Made by a program: the position numbers and the translations under genes
DNA from: Dehalococcoidia bacterium
Lineage (GTDB): Bacteria > Chloroflexota > Dehalococcoidia > Bin125
Direction of reading: 5' to 3'
Assembly (NCBI GenBank): GCA_963555985.3
Contig: OY820591.1
Location: 2,944,001-3,008,000, forward strand
Length of the DNA: 64,000 nt
The notes under the pieces: generated by a model
The model's database searches: none
The model's input: the letters and a program-made list of their open reading frames with translations, nothing else
Told to the model about the DNA's origin: nothing
Shown here: positions 33,615 through 42,971 of the stretch, piece after piece
How positions within the stretch are numbered: position 1 is the first letter of the stretch
Layout: each line of letters starts with the position of its first letter

Positions 33615-34751
33615 ATGTCAGACATCGATCTGCAAGGCAGTTGCGACCCACGCTTTAGCGTCGTCCGCGACGCCTTCGCCGCCAACTGGTCCGCCCACGA
33701 TGAGGTCGGCGCGTCGCTCTGCGTGATCGTGGGCGGTGAGACCGTGGTTGATCTCTGGGGCGGTTATGCCGACGCCGAGCGTTCCCGTTCGTGGGAGCGC
33801 GACACGATCGCCAACGTCTATTCCTCGACCAAGGGCATCGCCGCGGTCGCAGCCGCGATGCTGGTTGATCGCGGCCAACTTGATGTCGAGCGACCGGTGA
33901 TCGACTACTGGCCCGAGTTCGGTCAGGCGGGCAAGTCTGAGATCAAGGTCAAACACCTGCTCACGCACGAGGCCGGACTCGCGGGCGTGGATGAGGAACT
34001 CCCGGACGGCGCCGTGCTGGACTGGGAGCGCATGATCGGAGCGCTCGAACGCCAGGCGCCGATGTGGACGCCCGGCGAGGGCATGGGCTACCACGCGATC
34101 ACCTACGGCTGGCTGGTTGGGGAGATCATTCGCCGGATCGATGGCCGCACCTGCGGAGAGTTCGTCCGCGACGAGATCGCCGGCCCGCTCGGTGTGGACT
34201 TCTTCATCGGTTTGCCCGAGTCGGAAGACGCTCGCACTGCCGCCCTGATTGCCGCGCCCGGCACCGGGCCGATCGGGAGCGGCGCACAGGACACGCTCGC
34301 CGGTCACGCGCTTGGACTCGCGGCCCCAAGACTGGCGGGAACGGTCAACTCGCGCGAATGGCGGGCAGCGGAGCTGCCTGCTGCCAACGGTCACGGCAAC
34401 GGACGCGCGATGGCCGCGATCTATTCCGCCCTCGCTCAGGGCGGCGAAGGCCTCTTGTCGCAAGAGGCGGTTGAGGCCTGCGGCGCGACCGAGTATGTCG
34501 CCCGCGAAGACCTGGTGCTCGGCTTCCTCGTGCGCCGCTCGCTCGGATTTATCCTCAGCACCGCCGGCGGGCGCTATGAGTGGGGTCCCAACCCGCGCAC
34601 CTTCGGGCACTCCGGCGCCGGCGGCTCGCTCGGCTTCGCCGACCCCGATGCGCAGATCGGTTTCGGCTACGTGATGAATCAGATGTCGGCCGGTCTGGGC
34701 GCGGATCCGCGCTGGAAGCCGATGATCGATGCGGTCTACGCGAGCGTGTGA
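33615..34751 (+). CDS. Serine hydrolase (beta-lactamase/EstA family)
   Basis: SxxK (YSSTK), LLTHEAG, YHAITYG, FGHSGAGGS. Confidence 0.9.
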   Translation: MSDIDLQGSCDPRFSVVRDAFAANWSAHDEVGASLCVIVGGETVVDLWGGYADAERSRSWERDTIANVYSSTKGIAAVAAAMLVDRGQLDVERPVIDYWPEFGQAGKSEIKVKHLLTHEAGLAGVDEELPDGAVLDWERMIGALERQAPMWTPGEGMGYHAITYGWLVGEIIRRIDGRTCGEFVRDEIAGPLGVDFFIGLPESEDARTAALIAAPGTGPIGSGAQDTLAGHALGLAAPRLAGTVNSREWRAAELPAANGHGNGRAMAAIYSALAQGGEGLLSQEAVEACGATEYVAREDLVLGFLVRRSLGFILSTAGGRYEWGPNPRTFGHSGAGGSLGFADPDAQIGFGYVMNQMSAGLGADPRWKPMIDAVYASV

Positions 34752-34811
34752 AATTCCAGTCATCTGACGCTGCGGTATGGTGAGTTCTCCGAACAGCTCG
34801 GGGAGGTCGAA

Positions 34812-35102
34812 GTGACCACAGAGCAGCGATGGAAACCGATCAAGCCTGCTCCGCCAGTGAGCTTCGATGAGTCGCCCCAGGAGTTACGCAGACGGCACGT
34901 GCAGGCCGAGCGCAACTGGAATTACCTACACGAGATTTGGGACGAGCTCCTGCGCGATCACCGTGGCAAGTGGTTAGTTATCTGGGGCGACCAGCATCTG
35001 CTCATCGGCGATGAGCCGGCAGACGTGCTGAACGATTTGCCGGGTGTTGAACGTAGCCATTGCCTCTTTCGGGTGATCGCCCCCGAAGAGGACTTTCACT
35101 AG
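34812..35102 (+). CDS. Small DUF5678-like protein
   Basis: NWNYLHEIWDELLRDHRGKWLVIWG pattern; GGAGG RBS; 4 nt before the protease gene. Confidence 0.6.
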   Translation: MTTEQRWKPIKPAPPVSFDESPQELRRRHVQAERNWNYLHEIWDELLRDHRGKWLVIWGDQHLLIGDEPADVLNDLPGVERSHCLFRVIAPEEDFH

Positions 35103-35106
35103 CCGT

Positions 35107-35580
35107 ATGCAATTCTATGGGCGCGTCGATCCCGCCCAACGCTTTCGTGATGGCGCGATCAGCGGCGGTCGTGCATGGATGTATATGCGTGTCGCGATCC
35201 CTGAGCCGGGACGCTGGACTTGGCTGTTGATCGACACTGCTGCCACTACATCGGTGCTTCAGCCGCGTGACGCAGCCGAGATCCTTGGCAGTGCTTTCTG
35301 GGATATCGACTTCTCCCGTGATCCTCGCAGGATCCAGTCTGTCGGCGTCGGCGGAGTTGTGAGTCGAGTCGTCCGACAAGCATTGCTCGAAATCCTCTCA
35401 AGCGAGGATGAACTGTTTCGGCTCAACCTCCCCATCCTGATCGCTGAGCCTGTTCCCTCAATTCCCTCCGACGCCGGCAACTGGCGACTCCCCAGCCTGC
35501 TTGGACGCGACTTCCTGCGGCACTTTCGGCTCGAACTGAGCTACGGCGACGCTCCGCAGGTGCTGCTGGAAACGCTTTAG
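35107..35580 (+). CDS. Retropepsin-like (clan AA) aspartic protease
   Basis: LLIDTAATTS (DTG-like site), flap GVGG, LLGRDFL. Confidence 0.78.
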   Translation: MQFYGRVDPAQRFRDGAISGGRAWMYMRVAIPEPGRWTWLLIDTAATTSVLQPRDAAEILGSAFWDIDFSRDPRRIQSVGVGGVVSRVVRQALLEILSSEDELFRLNLPILIAEPVPSIPSDAGNWRLPSLLGRDFLRHFRLELSYGDAPQVLLETL

Positions 35581-36413
35581 GCGGCGAAGCGTTTGCTGCC
35601 TCGATTGAGGTGGTAGCGCAGTTCTGCCTCCGTTCGTTTCCGCTTGGCCGGCGTCCAGCCCAGTTCGCGGGCCAGCTTCAGCGCCGGTTGGCGTGTGCCT
35701 GCTGAGAAGGGGCCGCGCGTCTCGTGGAATGTGTTGATGCGCACGCTGGAGACGCCGGTCTCGATGATCTTCCGCGCGAACGCCGCCGGATCATCCAGCG
35801 GCAACAACGGCGAGACTCCAATCCCGGTGCGAATTCCGGCGTCCGCAATCTTCGCTACCGCCTCTAGTCGCCGCTCGATGCTCGCGCACTGCGGCTCAAA
35901 CTTGCGCCGCACCTCTTCCGAGTCGGTGGTGATGCTCAGATTGACGCGGATGCGCTCGAACTCTTGGAAGAGATCGATGTCCCGCGCTGCGATCGGGCTG
36001 CGCGTCTGCACGGTCAGGTTCGCGCCCCGTCGCGCGAGGATGGGCAGCAACGAGCGGGTGAGTTCCAGCCGCTGCTCAATCGGCTGATAGGGATCGGTTG
36101 CGCTGCTCATCAGCACCGACTTGCCGCGCAAATCCACCCGCGAGTTGCGCAGCTTCTCGACCGCGTTCGTCTTCACCCGCACCCAGCGCCCCCACTGCTC
36201 CCGCTGATCGTCGTCGGGCACGAAGAAGGCCGCGTAGCAGTAGGTGCAGGCAAAGGTGCAGCCCTGATAGGGGTTCAGCGAGAAATCCACCGCCGACAGC
36301 CGCCCCGCCGGCCGATGCAGAATGGCGGACGCATCCGCATAGAGCACATCGGCAGGGCCAAGGCTGTCCGGTCGGTTCGAGGAGGGGTTGGGGTCAAAGA
36401 GAGTGAGTTGCAT
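35577..36413 (-). CDS. Radical SAM protein, SplB/Rv2578c-like DNA repair family
   Basis: LNPYQGCTFACTYCYA, SSATDPYQPIE..LELTR; start ATG 36413. Confidence 0.88.
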   Translation of the reverse strand: MQLTLFDPNPSSNRPDSLGPADVLYADASAILHRPAGRLSAVDFSLNPYQGCTFACTYCYAAFFVPDDDQREQWGRWVRVKTNAVEKLRNSRVDLRGKSVLMSSATDPYQPIEQRLELTRSLLPILARRGANLTVQTRSPIAARDIDLFQEFERIRVNLSITTDSEEVRRKFEPQCASIERRLEAVAKIADAGIRTGIGVSPLLPLDDPAAFARKIIETGVSSVRINTFHETRGPFSAGTRQPALKLARELGWTPAKRKRTEAELRYHLNRGSKRFAA

Positions 36414-36553
36414 AGTGAAGAATAGTACATGCGTATCACTCAGAATGCAACAGGGGTTCGTTATTCTCTGTGCATCCCCAGAAACAGAGGCCGCTGCGGA
36501 CGCTGCGTTCTTCCCTCTTCCCTGCACTACTGAGATCGCCGAGCTTGTGGCAC

Positions 36554-36760
36554 CGTCATACCCGCGCTTGTCGTGGAGCCTGTTTCCGCGAAGGGCGAGC
36601 TTTGCGAAAGTCCACTGCGGGCGGCGGAGGACTTGGAGGAGCGGAGCTCGTGATGTGAGGTCGGTAGTACGTCCAGATGTAGAGGTGGCTTCGGACTTGG
36701 TTGCTTCGAGATTCCCGCCTGCGCGGGAATGACGGAATTTGGGATTACGCGCAGGTCTCT
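36554..36760. repeat. REP/dRS3-like repeats with TIR-like end
   Basis: CGTCATACCCGCGCTTGTCG (36554); GAGATTCCCGCCTGCGCGGGAATGACG (36708-36734); GGGATTACGCGCAGGTCTC. Confidence 0.8.
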
Positions 36761-36773
36761 TTAGGGACAGAGG

Positions 36774-36803
36774 GGGGTCCCTCTCAACTCGGAGAGGGAC
36801 CCC
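36774..36803. terminator. GC-rich hairpin downstream of the amidohydrolase gene (possible terminator)
   Basis: GGGGTCCCTCTC-aactcg-GAGAGGGACCCC; no clear poly-U tail. Confidence 0.45.
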
Positions 36804-36833
36804 GCAACCGATCTGCCTCAACCCGAACAGGCC

Positions 36834-38543
36834 CTAGCGGGCGCCCCGAATCAGCTGACCCGGACGCGCGCCCGTTTCCTCGCCGTGGCGCGCGATCACT
36901 TCGCCGCTGACGACTGTGGCGATATAGCCGCGTGACTTCTGGATCAGGCGCATGGCGTCGGTAGGGAGATCGTGGACGGCCTGCGGGCGCTCCAGTTGCA
37001 GCGCCTCGTAGTCGATCACGTTGACATCGCCCTTCTTGCCGACTTCGAGCGTGCCGCGGTCGCCGAGACCGTAGAGTGCGGCGGTGTCGTGCGTCATGCG
37101 CTTCACGACCCACTCCAGGGGCAGCTTTTCGCCGCGGCTGCGGTCGCGGGTCCAGTGCGTGAGCATGAAGGTCGGCATGGAGGCGTCGCAGATCACGCCG
37201 CAGTGGGCGCCGCCGTCGGAGAGGCCCATCGCCACGCGCGGGTGCATCATCATCTCGCGGGTCGCGTCGAGGTTGCCCTGGGCGTAGTTGAAGAGCGGGG
37301 CGAAGAGCACGTTGTCGCCGTCGCCCGCGCTGAGGAAGTCGTAGGCGAACTCCAGCGGGGTCTGAGCGGCGGCTTCGGCTTGGGCCGTGACCGACTCGTC
37401 CGGCGTCGGTTCGTAGTTGGGCGGGTCGCTCATCGGGTAGAGCTTGTCCCACATGATGAAACCGAGCGCCGCGTCGGGAGCCGCGACTTCGCTCAGGATC
37501 CGCTCGCGCCGCTGCGGGTCGCGCATCGCGGCCGCGCGCTCTTCCCAGGCCAGTTCGTCCAACTCGCGGTAGCTGGGGGAGTGGATGAACGGATGCCGCC
37601 CGCGCAGAGTGAGCAGCAGCGAGATACCGCGCGCCGCCACCTGCGGGTAGAGCTCCGCGCCGTCTTCCTGGGCCTCCAGCGAGCGCTCCAGCGCCTCACG
37701 CCAGGCCTCGGGGTCGTTGTCGTACTGGACCATCGCGAAGCTCACGGGCCGCTCGATTTCGGCCGAGAGCTTGTGCATCCAGGAGATCTCCAAGTCAGGC
37801 GCATTCGCGTCGTCGCCGGTCACGCCTGCGGGAGCGACCTCGTAGATTCCGGTACCGAGTTCCTTCAGCGCCTTCCCGATCCCGAACAGCTCGTCCTCAG
37901 CGGCGAACGTGCCCGGAACCGGCTCACCGTCAATCGCGCGGTGAGCAAGCGTGCGCGAGGTGGAAAACCCCAACGCCCCGGCCTTGAGTCCCTCTTTGAC
38001 GATCGCTGCCATCTCCTGAATGTCCTCAGGATTGGCGTCCTCGTTGCGAGCGCCGCGGTCGCCCATCACGTAGGCGCGAACGGCGCCGTGCGGGACCTGG
38101 GTGCCGATGTCAATCGCCTTGGGCAGCGTGTCGAGGAAGTCGAGGTACTCCGGGAACGATTCCCAGTTCCACTGAATGCCCTCGGCCAGAGCCGAGCCGG
38201 GGATGTCCTCGACGCCCTCCATCAGGCCGATCAGCCAGTCGCGGCGGTTGGGCGCGGCCGGCGCGAAGCCGACCCCGCAGTTGCCGAAGACGACCGTGGT
38301 GACGCCGTGCCAGAACGAGGGCGTGAGCAGCGGATCCCAGGTGATCTGTCCGTCGAAGTGGGTGTGGATATCGACGAAGCCGGGGGTGACCAACAGACCG
38401 TCGGCGTCAATCTCTTCGCGTCCAAGATCGTTCACCTCGCCGACAGCGGCGACGACGCCGTCGTCAATGGCGACATCGGCCTTGCGCGCCGCAGCGCCGG
38501 TACCGTCAACGACGAGTCCGTTGCGGATGACGAGATCGTGCAT
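36834..38543 (-). CDS. Amidohydrolase, N-acyl-D-amino-acid deacylase family
   Basis: DLVIRNGLVVDGTG, PGFVDIHTHFD, GNCGVGFAP, SDGGAH; start ATG 38543. Confidence 0.9.
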   Translation of the reverse strand: MHDLVIRNGLVVDGTGAAARKADVAIDDGVVAAVGEVNDLGREEIDADGLLVTPGFVDIHTHFDGQITWDPLLTPSFWHGVTTVVFGNCGVGFAPAAPNRRDWLIGLMEGVEDIPGSALAEGIQWNWESFPEYLDFLDTLPKAIDIGTQVPHGAVRAYVMGDRGARNEDANPEDIQEMAAIVKEGLKAGALGFSTSRTLAHRAIDGEPVPGTFAAEDELFGIGKALKELGTGIYEVAPAGVTGDDANAPDLEISWMHKLSAEIERPVSFAMVQYDNDPEAWREALERSLEAQEDGAELYPQVAARGISLLLTLRGRHPFIHSPSYRELDELAWEERAAAMRDPQRRERILSEVAAPDAALGFIMWDKLYPMSDPPNYEPTPDESVTAQAEAAAQTPLEFAYDFLSAGDGDNVLFAPLFNYAQGNLDATREMMMHPRVAMGLSDGGAHCGVICDASMPTFMLTHWTRDRSRGEKLPLEWVVKRMTHDTAALYGLGDRGTLEVGKKGDVNVIDYEALQLERPQAVHDLPTDAMRLIQKSRGYIATVVSGEVIARHGEETGARPGQLIRGAR

Positions 38544-38660
38544 GTTTTGTCCTTCACATCGGCTGTTGCGCGGAAGCGCATGGCTGGAGGGCGCACCAAT
38601 CAGGTGCGCCTTGATGCGCGCAGTATGCCAGATCAACCGTCATGCCGCGCGTGAGCGGTC

Positions 38661-38770
38661 GGATTCGTCCAGTTTCAGCCGGTGTTGTCCAATCTTGTCC
38701 AAATGTGTCCAATCCTGTCCAAGTGGTTCCAAGGAGTTCCAATGTCGTCCAACCGCGTCCAACGGCTTTT
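38661..38770 (-). repeat. Degenerate 10-bp-period tandem array (minus strand TTGG[A]C-N4)
   Basis: ggtgttgtcc/aatcttgtcc/aaatgtgtcc/aatcctgtcc/aagtggttcc/aaggagttcc/aatgtcgtcc/aaccgcgtcc; about 10 units in strict phase. Confidence 0.88.
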
Positions 38771-38778
38771 GCCAGGGT

Positions 38779-39270
38779 TTAGCTCGTCCAAGCGTTGGTT
38801 GGGGTATGTCCGTCGCTCGCAGCGGCCTCTTGTCGATGTTGCTGTTCCTCGTATTCGGCATATTCCTTCCAGGCGACGACCCTGCCCTGGTATTCCACAG
38901 CTTGCTGGCGCTGTAGCTCGTCGTGATCGGCGAGTTGGGGCAGGGAGGCGAGCAGGAGGCGGAGTTCACGGGCGGCGTGGAGGCGATCTTTGACCGGGAT
39001 CGATTCCTGGTCGCCGCTCGGGGCGACGATCTGGAGAATGCTGTCGAGCAGCTGATCGACGGCGACGGCTTGCAGGAGTTGGAAGCGATGTCGCTCGTAT
39101 TCCTGGAGGTAGTTGGCTGCGGTGCCGCGAGAGCAACCCATTTGCTCGGCGATTTGGCGCAATTTGAGTCCCTTGGCGCGGAGCCGTCCGGCTTCGAGGA
39201 GCAATGGGCGGCGTTCGAGGGGAGGCAGTTCGAGCGGTTCCGCTTCGGTGTGTTTGGGATGACAGGACAT
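38779..39270 (-). CDS. Hypothetical helix-turn-helix protein
   Basis: RAKGLKLRQIAEQMGCSRGTAANYLQ HTH; start ATG 39270 after GAGGAG. Confidence 0.65.
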   Translation of the reverse strand: MSCHPKHTEAEPLELPPLERRPLLLEAGRLRAKGLKLRQIAEQMGCSRGTAANYLQEYERHRFQLLQAVAVDQLLDSILQIVAPSGDQESIPVKDRLHAARELRLLLASLPQLADHDELQRQQAVEYQGRVVAWKEYAEYEEQQHRQEAAASDGHTPTNAWTS

Positions 39271-39380
39271 GTGTGGACTCCTCGGTTGTTGTACAGATAT
39301 TCGATTATGGCCTGAGGAGGCCGAGTCGTCAAACGGCTGGCTCGCCCTATGTACAGCAGGATTCATTGCGGCGAGGGAGC

Positions 39381-39719
39381 TCAGCGGGGACGTTCGGGAG
39401 CGACGGCGAGGAAGGGGAACAGGGCAATGAAGGTGAGCAGGCTGGCCAGACCCCAGCGAATCGGATCACGCCCCTTGATCCGCGCCAGCCACGCCGCCAG
39501 GGCCGCATAGCCCACCCAGAGCACGCCCCAGGTCCAGCCGACCGCCTCGACGAAATCGTCGGGTTCGTTCTCCTCCGACACTTCAGCCGCAGTCTCGTTG
39601 TCCGACTGGTCGCCGGCATAATCCACAAGCGCGACGATGAACGGAATCCAGATCACATACAGCAGGATCGCGATCGCCAAACGATCGCGCGGCCAGAGCC
39701 AAGCGCGGAGGCCGCTCAC
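39381..39719 (-). CDS. Small membrane protein
   Basis: Three hydrophobic segments; KGRDPIRWG motif; overlaps the stop of the upstream gene. Confidence 0.65.
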   Translation of the reverse strand: MSGLRAWLWPRDRLAIAILLYVIWIPFIVALVDYAGDQSDNETAAEVSEENEPDDFVEAVGWTWGVLWVGYAALAAWLARIKGRDPIRWGLASLLTFIALFPFLAVAPERPR

Positions 39720-40666
39720 CGCTGATGCACCAGCCGCTCACCCGGAATTGGAGAGCGGGCGTGAACGACGTAATCGCTCCGAATCGAGCCGACGTAGAGA
39801 TCGCACATGTCGTCGCCGCCCCAACTCACATTGGTCGGCGATTGCATGATCTCTCCCTCCAAGTCCTCGATCATCGTCACCACCTCAAACGACGGCGTAA
39901 TCGCCACCACCTTGTTCGACATCGGCAGCGTGACCCAGAGATTGCCCTCCTGGTCGAAGCCGCAACCGTCGGTCAGCCCCAACTCGCCCCGCTGCTGCGC
40001 ATTCAGCGGCCGCATCGCCTCGAGATCCGCCACCTTCTTGCCCAACTGCGGCCCATAGACCTCCGGCTCGCCCACGCTCCCATCGGCGTTGATCGGGTAG
40101 CGCAAGACATGACAGCCGGTGGTCGAGCAGACGTAGGCGTTCTCCTCGCCCGGATCCATCGTGATCCCGTTGGCGAACTCAATCTCCGTCGCCAGCATCG
40201 TCAGCGAGCCGTCGGTCTCAATGCGGAAGAGGAATCCGTCCGGATCGCCGGAAAACGCACCCGCGCCGCTGCGTGAGGTCGAATGCGTCACCCAAATCCG
40301 CCCCTGCGAGTCGACGTGCGGATAGTTCGACGCGACCAGCGGAATCCCGTCGATCTCGTCGGCCAGGACCTCGATCTCGCCGGTGTCCACATCCAGGCGC
40401 TGCACCGGACCAGGCTGACCGCCGGGATCGATCCCGCCGACGTTGGCGATGATGATTCGGCCCTGCTGGTCCATATTGTTGCCGTTGGGCGCGCCGCCGG
40501 CGTTGCCGACGCGGTTGAGCGTTCCATCGGGCAGAGCTTCAGCCGCCGCCGACGCCTGATCCGACATCCAGATCCGCCCGTCGCGCGAGACGACCACATC
40601 TTCGGGGCGCTGCACCCCGATCCCGACTTTGCTCAGTTGCGACTTGTGAATGGGCGTGAGCGGCAT
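39716..40666 (-). CDS. SMP-30/gluconolactonase family beta-propeller
   Basis: RPEDVV, FANGI, DGCGFDQEGNLWVT, PTNVSWGG. Confidence 0.88.
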   Translation of the reverse strand: MPLTPIHKSQLSKVGIGVQRPEDVVVSRDGRIWMSDQASAAAEALPDGTLNRVGNAGGAPNGNNMDQQGRIIIANVGGIDPGGQPGPVQRLDVDTGEIEVLADEIDGIPLVASNYPHVDSQGRIWVTHSTSRSGAGAFSGDPDGFLFRIETDGSLTMLATEIEFANGITMDPGEENAYVCSTTGCHVLRYPINADGSVGEPEVYGPQLGKKVADLEAMRPLNAQQRGELGLTDGCGFDQEGNLWVTLPMSNKVVAITPSFEVVTMIEDLEGEIMQSPTNVSWGGDDMCDLYVGSIRSDYVVHARSPIPGERLVHQR

Positions 40667-40694
40667 GGTCTGTCTCCTGATTCATGCGCGTTGG

Positions 40695-41120
40695 CTACAA
40701 GAGGGAGTCGTGGTCGAGCAGGGAACGCGCGAGCGCGTCGTCGTCAGTCGTGACCGCGACGATAGCCTCTCCCGCTTGCCGATGCACGATGTGGATCGTG
40801 CGGACGTTGAGTTGATGTTGGCCGAAACGCTGGGCGACAGTGGCCAACGCGCCGGGCCGATCGGGCAGATGGAAGACAATCGCGTCGGAGCTGACGGCGC
40901 GCAGATCGACTTCGAGCAACGCGCGCAGAGCTCGGTCATCGTCGCTGGTGCTGAGCGTGATCACCCCCAGCGCGCCCGCGTGACGCCCGTCGATCGCTTC
41001 GATGTTGATCTCCGCTTTGGCCAGCGCCCCGGTCACTTGCGCCAGTCCGCCCGGTTGCGGAGGCACGATCACAATGATCCGGGGACGACTGCGAAGCTCG
41101 TCTGAGGAAGCGTGGCTCAT
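40695..41120 (-). CDS. Tandem ACT-domain protein
   Basis: Two ACT repeats: QPGGLAQVTGALAKAEINI and DRPGALATVAQRFGQHQLNV. Confidence 0.8.
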   Translation of the reverse strand: MSHASSDELRSRPRIIVIVPPQPGGLAQVTGALAKAEINIEAIDGRHAGALGVITLSTSDDDRALRALLEVDLRAVSSDAIVFHLPDRPGALATVAQRFGQHQLNVRTIHIVHRQAGEAIVAVTTDDDALARSLLDHDSLL

Positions 41121-41138
41121 GTCTGTCTGCTCGACTGG

Positions 41139-42242
41139 TCATTCCAGGCAATCGCTGACGACCTGATCGATCATCTCGCGGGTTACGTGGGGCATGGTGA
41201 TCAGGTGGGCGATGTCTTCGTAGGGCGCCAGTTGCCAGCGCAAGAGCACATCCGGCGAGGGGCGCGGGAAGACGACGGTGGCGCTGTTCTTCGCCCGCCA
41301 GGCGGGAATCCCGTGCGCGTTGAACTGTCCGACCGCATACTCGGCAGTATCGAGCATCCCCGCCACGAGTTGGCGAAACCCCTCCGGCCCGTGCTTGGTC
41401 AGCGCGTACCAGATGATCATCGGCGTGATCGCGTTGCGCGAGCCGAGCAGCGTCGTATCCAGCGCGCCGACATACTCAATCGCCCGTCCGATCTGCGCGG
41501 TGTACTCCTTCCGCGTCACGACCACGCCGCAGGGCAGCGGCGATCCGATCAGCTTGTGACCGGAGATCGCGATGCTGTCGATCCCGCTGTCGAAGCCGAA
41601 CGGCTGCGGATCCTCGACGAAGGGCAGGATCATCCCGCTCAGCGCGGCGTCGGCGTGGATGTACGAACGCGGCAGCGCCAATTCTTCGATGAGCTCGCGG
41701 ATCTGGTCCAGATTGTCCACGGCGCCCTTCATCGTGGTGCCGATGTTGGCCACGATCAGCGCCGGGACATCGCGGTTGATCCGGATCGATTCGCGCAGGT
41801 CGTCGTAGTCGAGCTCGCCGTTCTCCTGGCTGCGGATCATGATGTTGCGAATCTTGAGCACGTGCAGAATTTTGAGCACCGAGTAGTGCGTGTCCTGCGA
41901 GAAATAGGCGATCGGCTCACGCAACAGCTCGCGCCCCACGTAGATGCCGTACATGTTGCCTTCGGTACCGCCGGCAGTGACATAGCCCCAGGCCTCATCG
42001 ACCGGCAGACGCATCAGCTCCGCGATCTTGCGCACCACTTCGCGCTCGGTCTCGTGCGTGTTCGACTGATAGCGCGAGTAGCCGAAAGGATCGCCCACGT
42101 TGTTCGCCGCGAACCGCAGCAGCGGATAGAGCTCGGAATAGTCGAAGTCGAGATTGACCGGATAGCCGGCCGTGAACGGACCCAGCAGTTTGAACTCGGA
42201 GAGCACCTGCTGAATGCGATGGCCGATTTCAGACTGGCTCAC
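41139..42242 (-). CDS. PLP-dependent histidine decarboxylase (HdcA/serine decarboxylase-like)
   Basis: GYPVN.DFDY, NNVGDP, WGYVT.GGTEGN, THYSV, GTTMKGAVD, HADAALSG, SGHK.IGSP.PCG; GTG start 42242. Confidence 0.88.
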   Translation of the reverse strand: MSQSEIGHRIQQVLSEFKLLGPFTAGYPVNLDFDYSELYPLLRFAANNVGDPFGYSRYQSNTHETEREVVRKIAELMRLPVDEAWGYVTAGGTEGNMYGIYVGRELLREPIAYFSQDTHYSVLKILHVLKIRNIMIRSQENGELDYDDLRESIRINRDVPALIVANIGTTMKGAVDNLDQIRELIEELALPRSYIHADAALSGMILPFVEDPQPFGFDSGIDSIAISGHKLIGSPLPCGVVVTRKEYTAQIGRAIEYVGALDTTLLGSRNAITPMIIWYALTKHGPEGFRQLVAGMLDTAEYAVGQFNAHGIPAWRAKNSATVVFPRPSPDVLLRWQLAPYEDIAHLITMPHVTREMIDQVVSDCLE

Positions 42243-42280
42243 ACGACGCTCCGCGCGATCTCTGCGCCGCCTAGCGTAGA

Positions 42281-42958
42281 TCACGACTCCGCGCTCGGAC
42301 AGCGATCCCGCAGCACGCACTCCCCGCACCGAGGCGACCGCGCCTGACACACCCGCCGCCCGTGACGAATGATTGAGACGTGAAACCCGTAGTAATGCTG
42401 CTCGGGCATCTGCGCCTCCAGCATGTCATGCGCCGCCACCGCGCTCGTCTTCGCGCCAATCAAGCCCAACCGCTGCGACACCCGATGCACGTGCGTATCC
42501 ACCGGCAGCGCCGGCCGCCCCAGCGAGAACAACAGCACGCACGCCGCCGTCTTGGGGCCGATCCCGGGAAGTTCGGTCAGCCACGCCTTCGCCTCTTCAA
42601 TTGGCATCGTCGCCAAGCGTGAGGCGTCCCATTCCGGCCCCAGCCGCTCCCGCAACTGCGCCAGCAGCGCCTGCATTCGCGGAGCCTTCGTCCGCGCCAG
42701 CCCGCCCGGACGAATCACCTCCTCCAACTCCTCAACGGGCGCTTCGAGCACCGCGTCCCAGTCGGGATAACGTTTGAGCAAGGCCTGAAACGCCCGCCCG
42801 GAGTTCGTATCCGACGTGTTCTGCGAAAGCAGCGTCAGCACCAACTCCGTCACCGGATCATGAGTCGCCCGCCAGGGCGTCAGCGGCGCTTCCCTGGTCA
42901 GGCGATTGATGATCGCCGAGGGTCGGAGTGGTCTTGGGGGCTTGCGAGTACGTGGCAT
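42281..42958 (-). CDS. nth: Endonuclease III-like HhH-GPD DNA glycosylase
   Basis: LSQNTSD, LPGIGPKTA, PVDTHV, CQARSPRCGECVLRDRC Fe-S motif. Confidence 0.88.
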   Translation of the reverse strand: MPRTRKPPRPLRPSAIINRLTREAPLTPWRATHDPVTELVLTLLSQNTSDTNSGRAFQALLKRYPDWDAVLEAPVEELEEVIRPGGLARTKAPRMQALLAQLRERLGPEWDASRLATMPIEEAKAWLTELPGIGPKTAACVLLFSLGRPALPVDTHVHRVSQRLGLIGAKTSAVAAHDMLEAQMPEQHYYGFHVSIIRHGRRVCQARSPRCGECVLRDRCPSAES

Positions 42959-42971
42959 CGCCCGTGTGAGG

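Noticed and set aside
33615-34751. Beta-lactam resistance gene
   Set aside because: No signal peptide; motifs fit cytoplasmic family VIII esterases
38661-38770. 10-bp arrays (also 16.6 and 23.9 kb) as CRISPR arrays
   Set aside because: Units are 10 bp with no 23-47-bp repeat/spacer structure, and there are no cas genes
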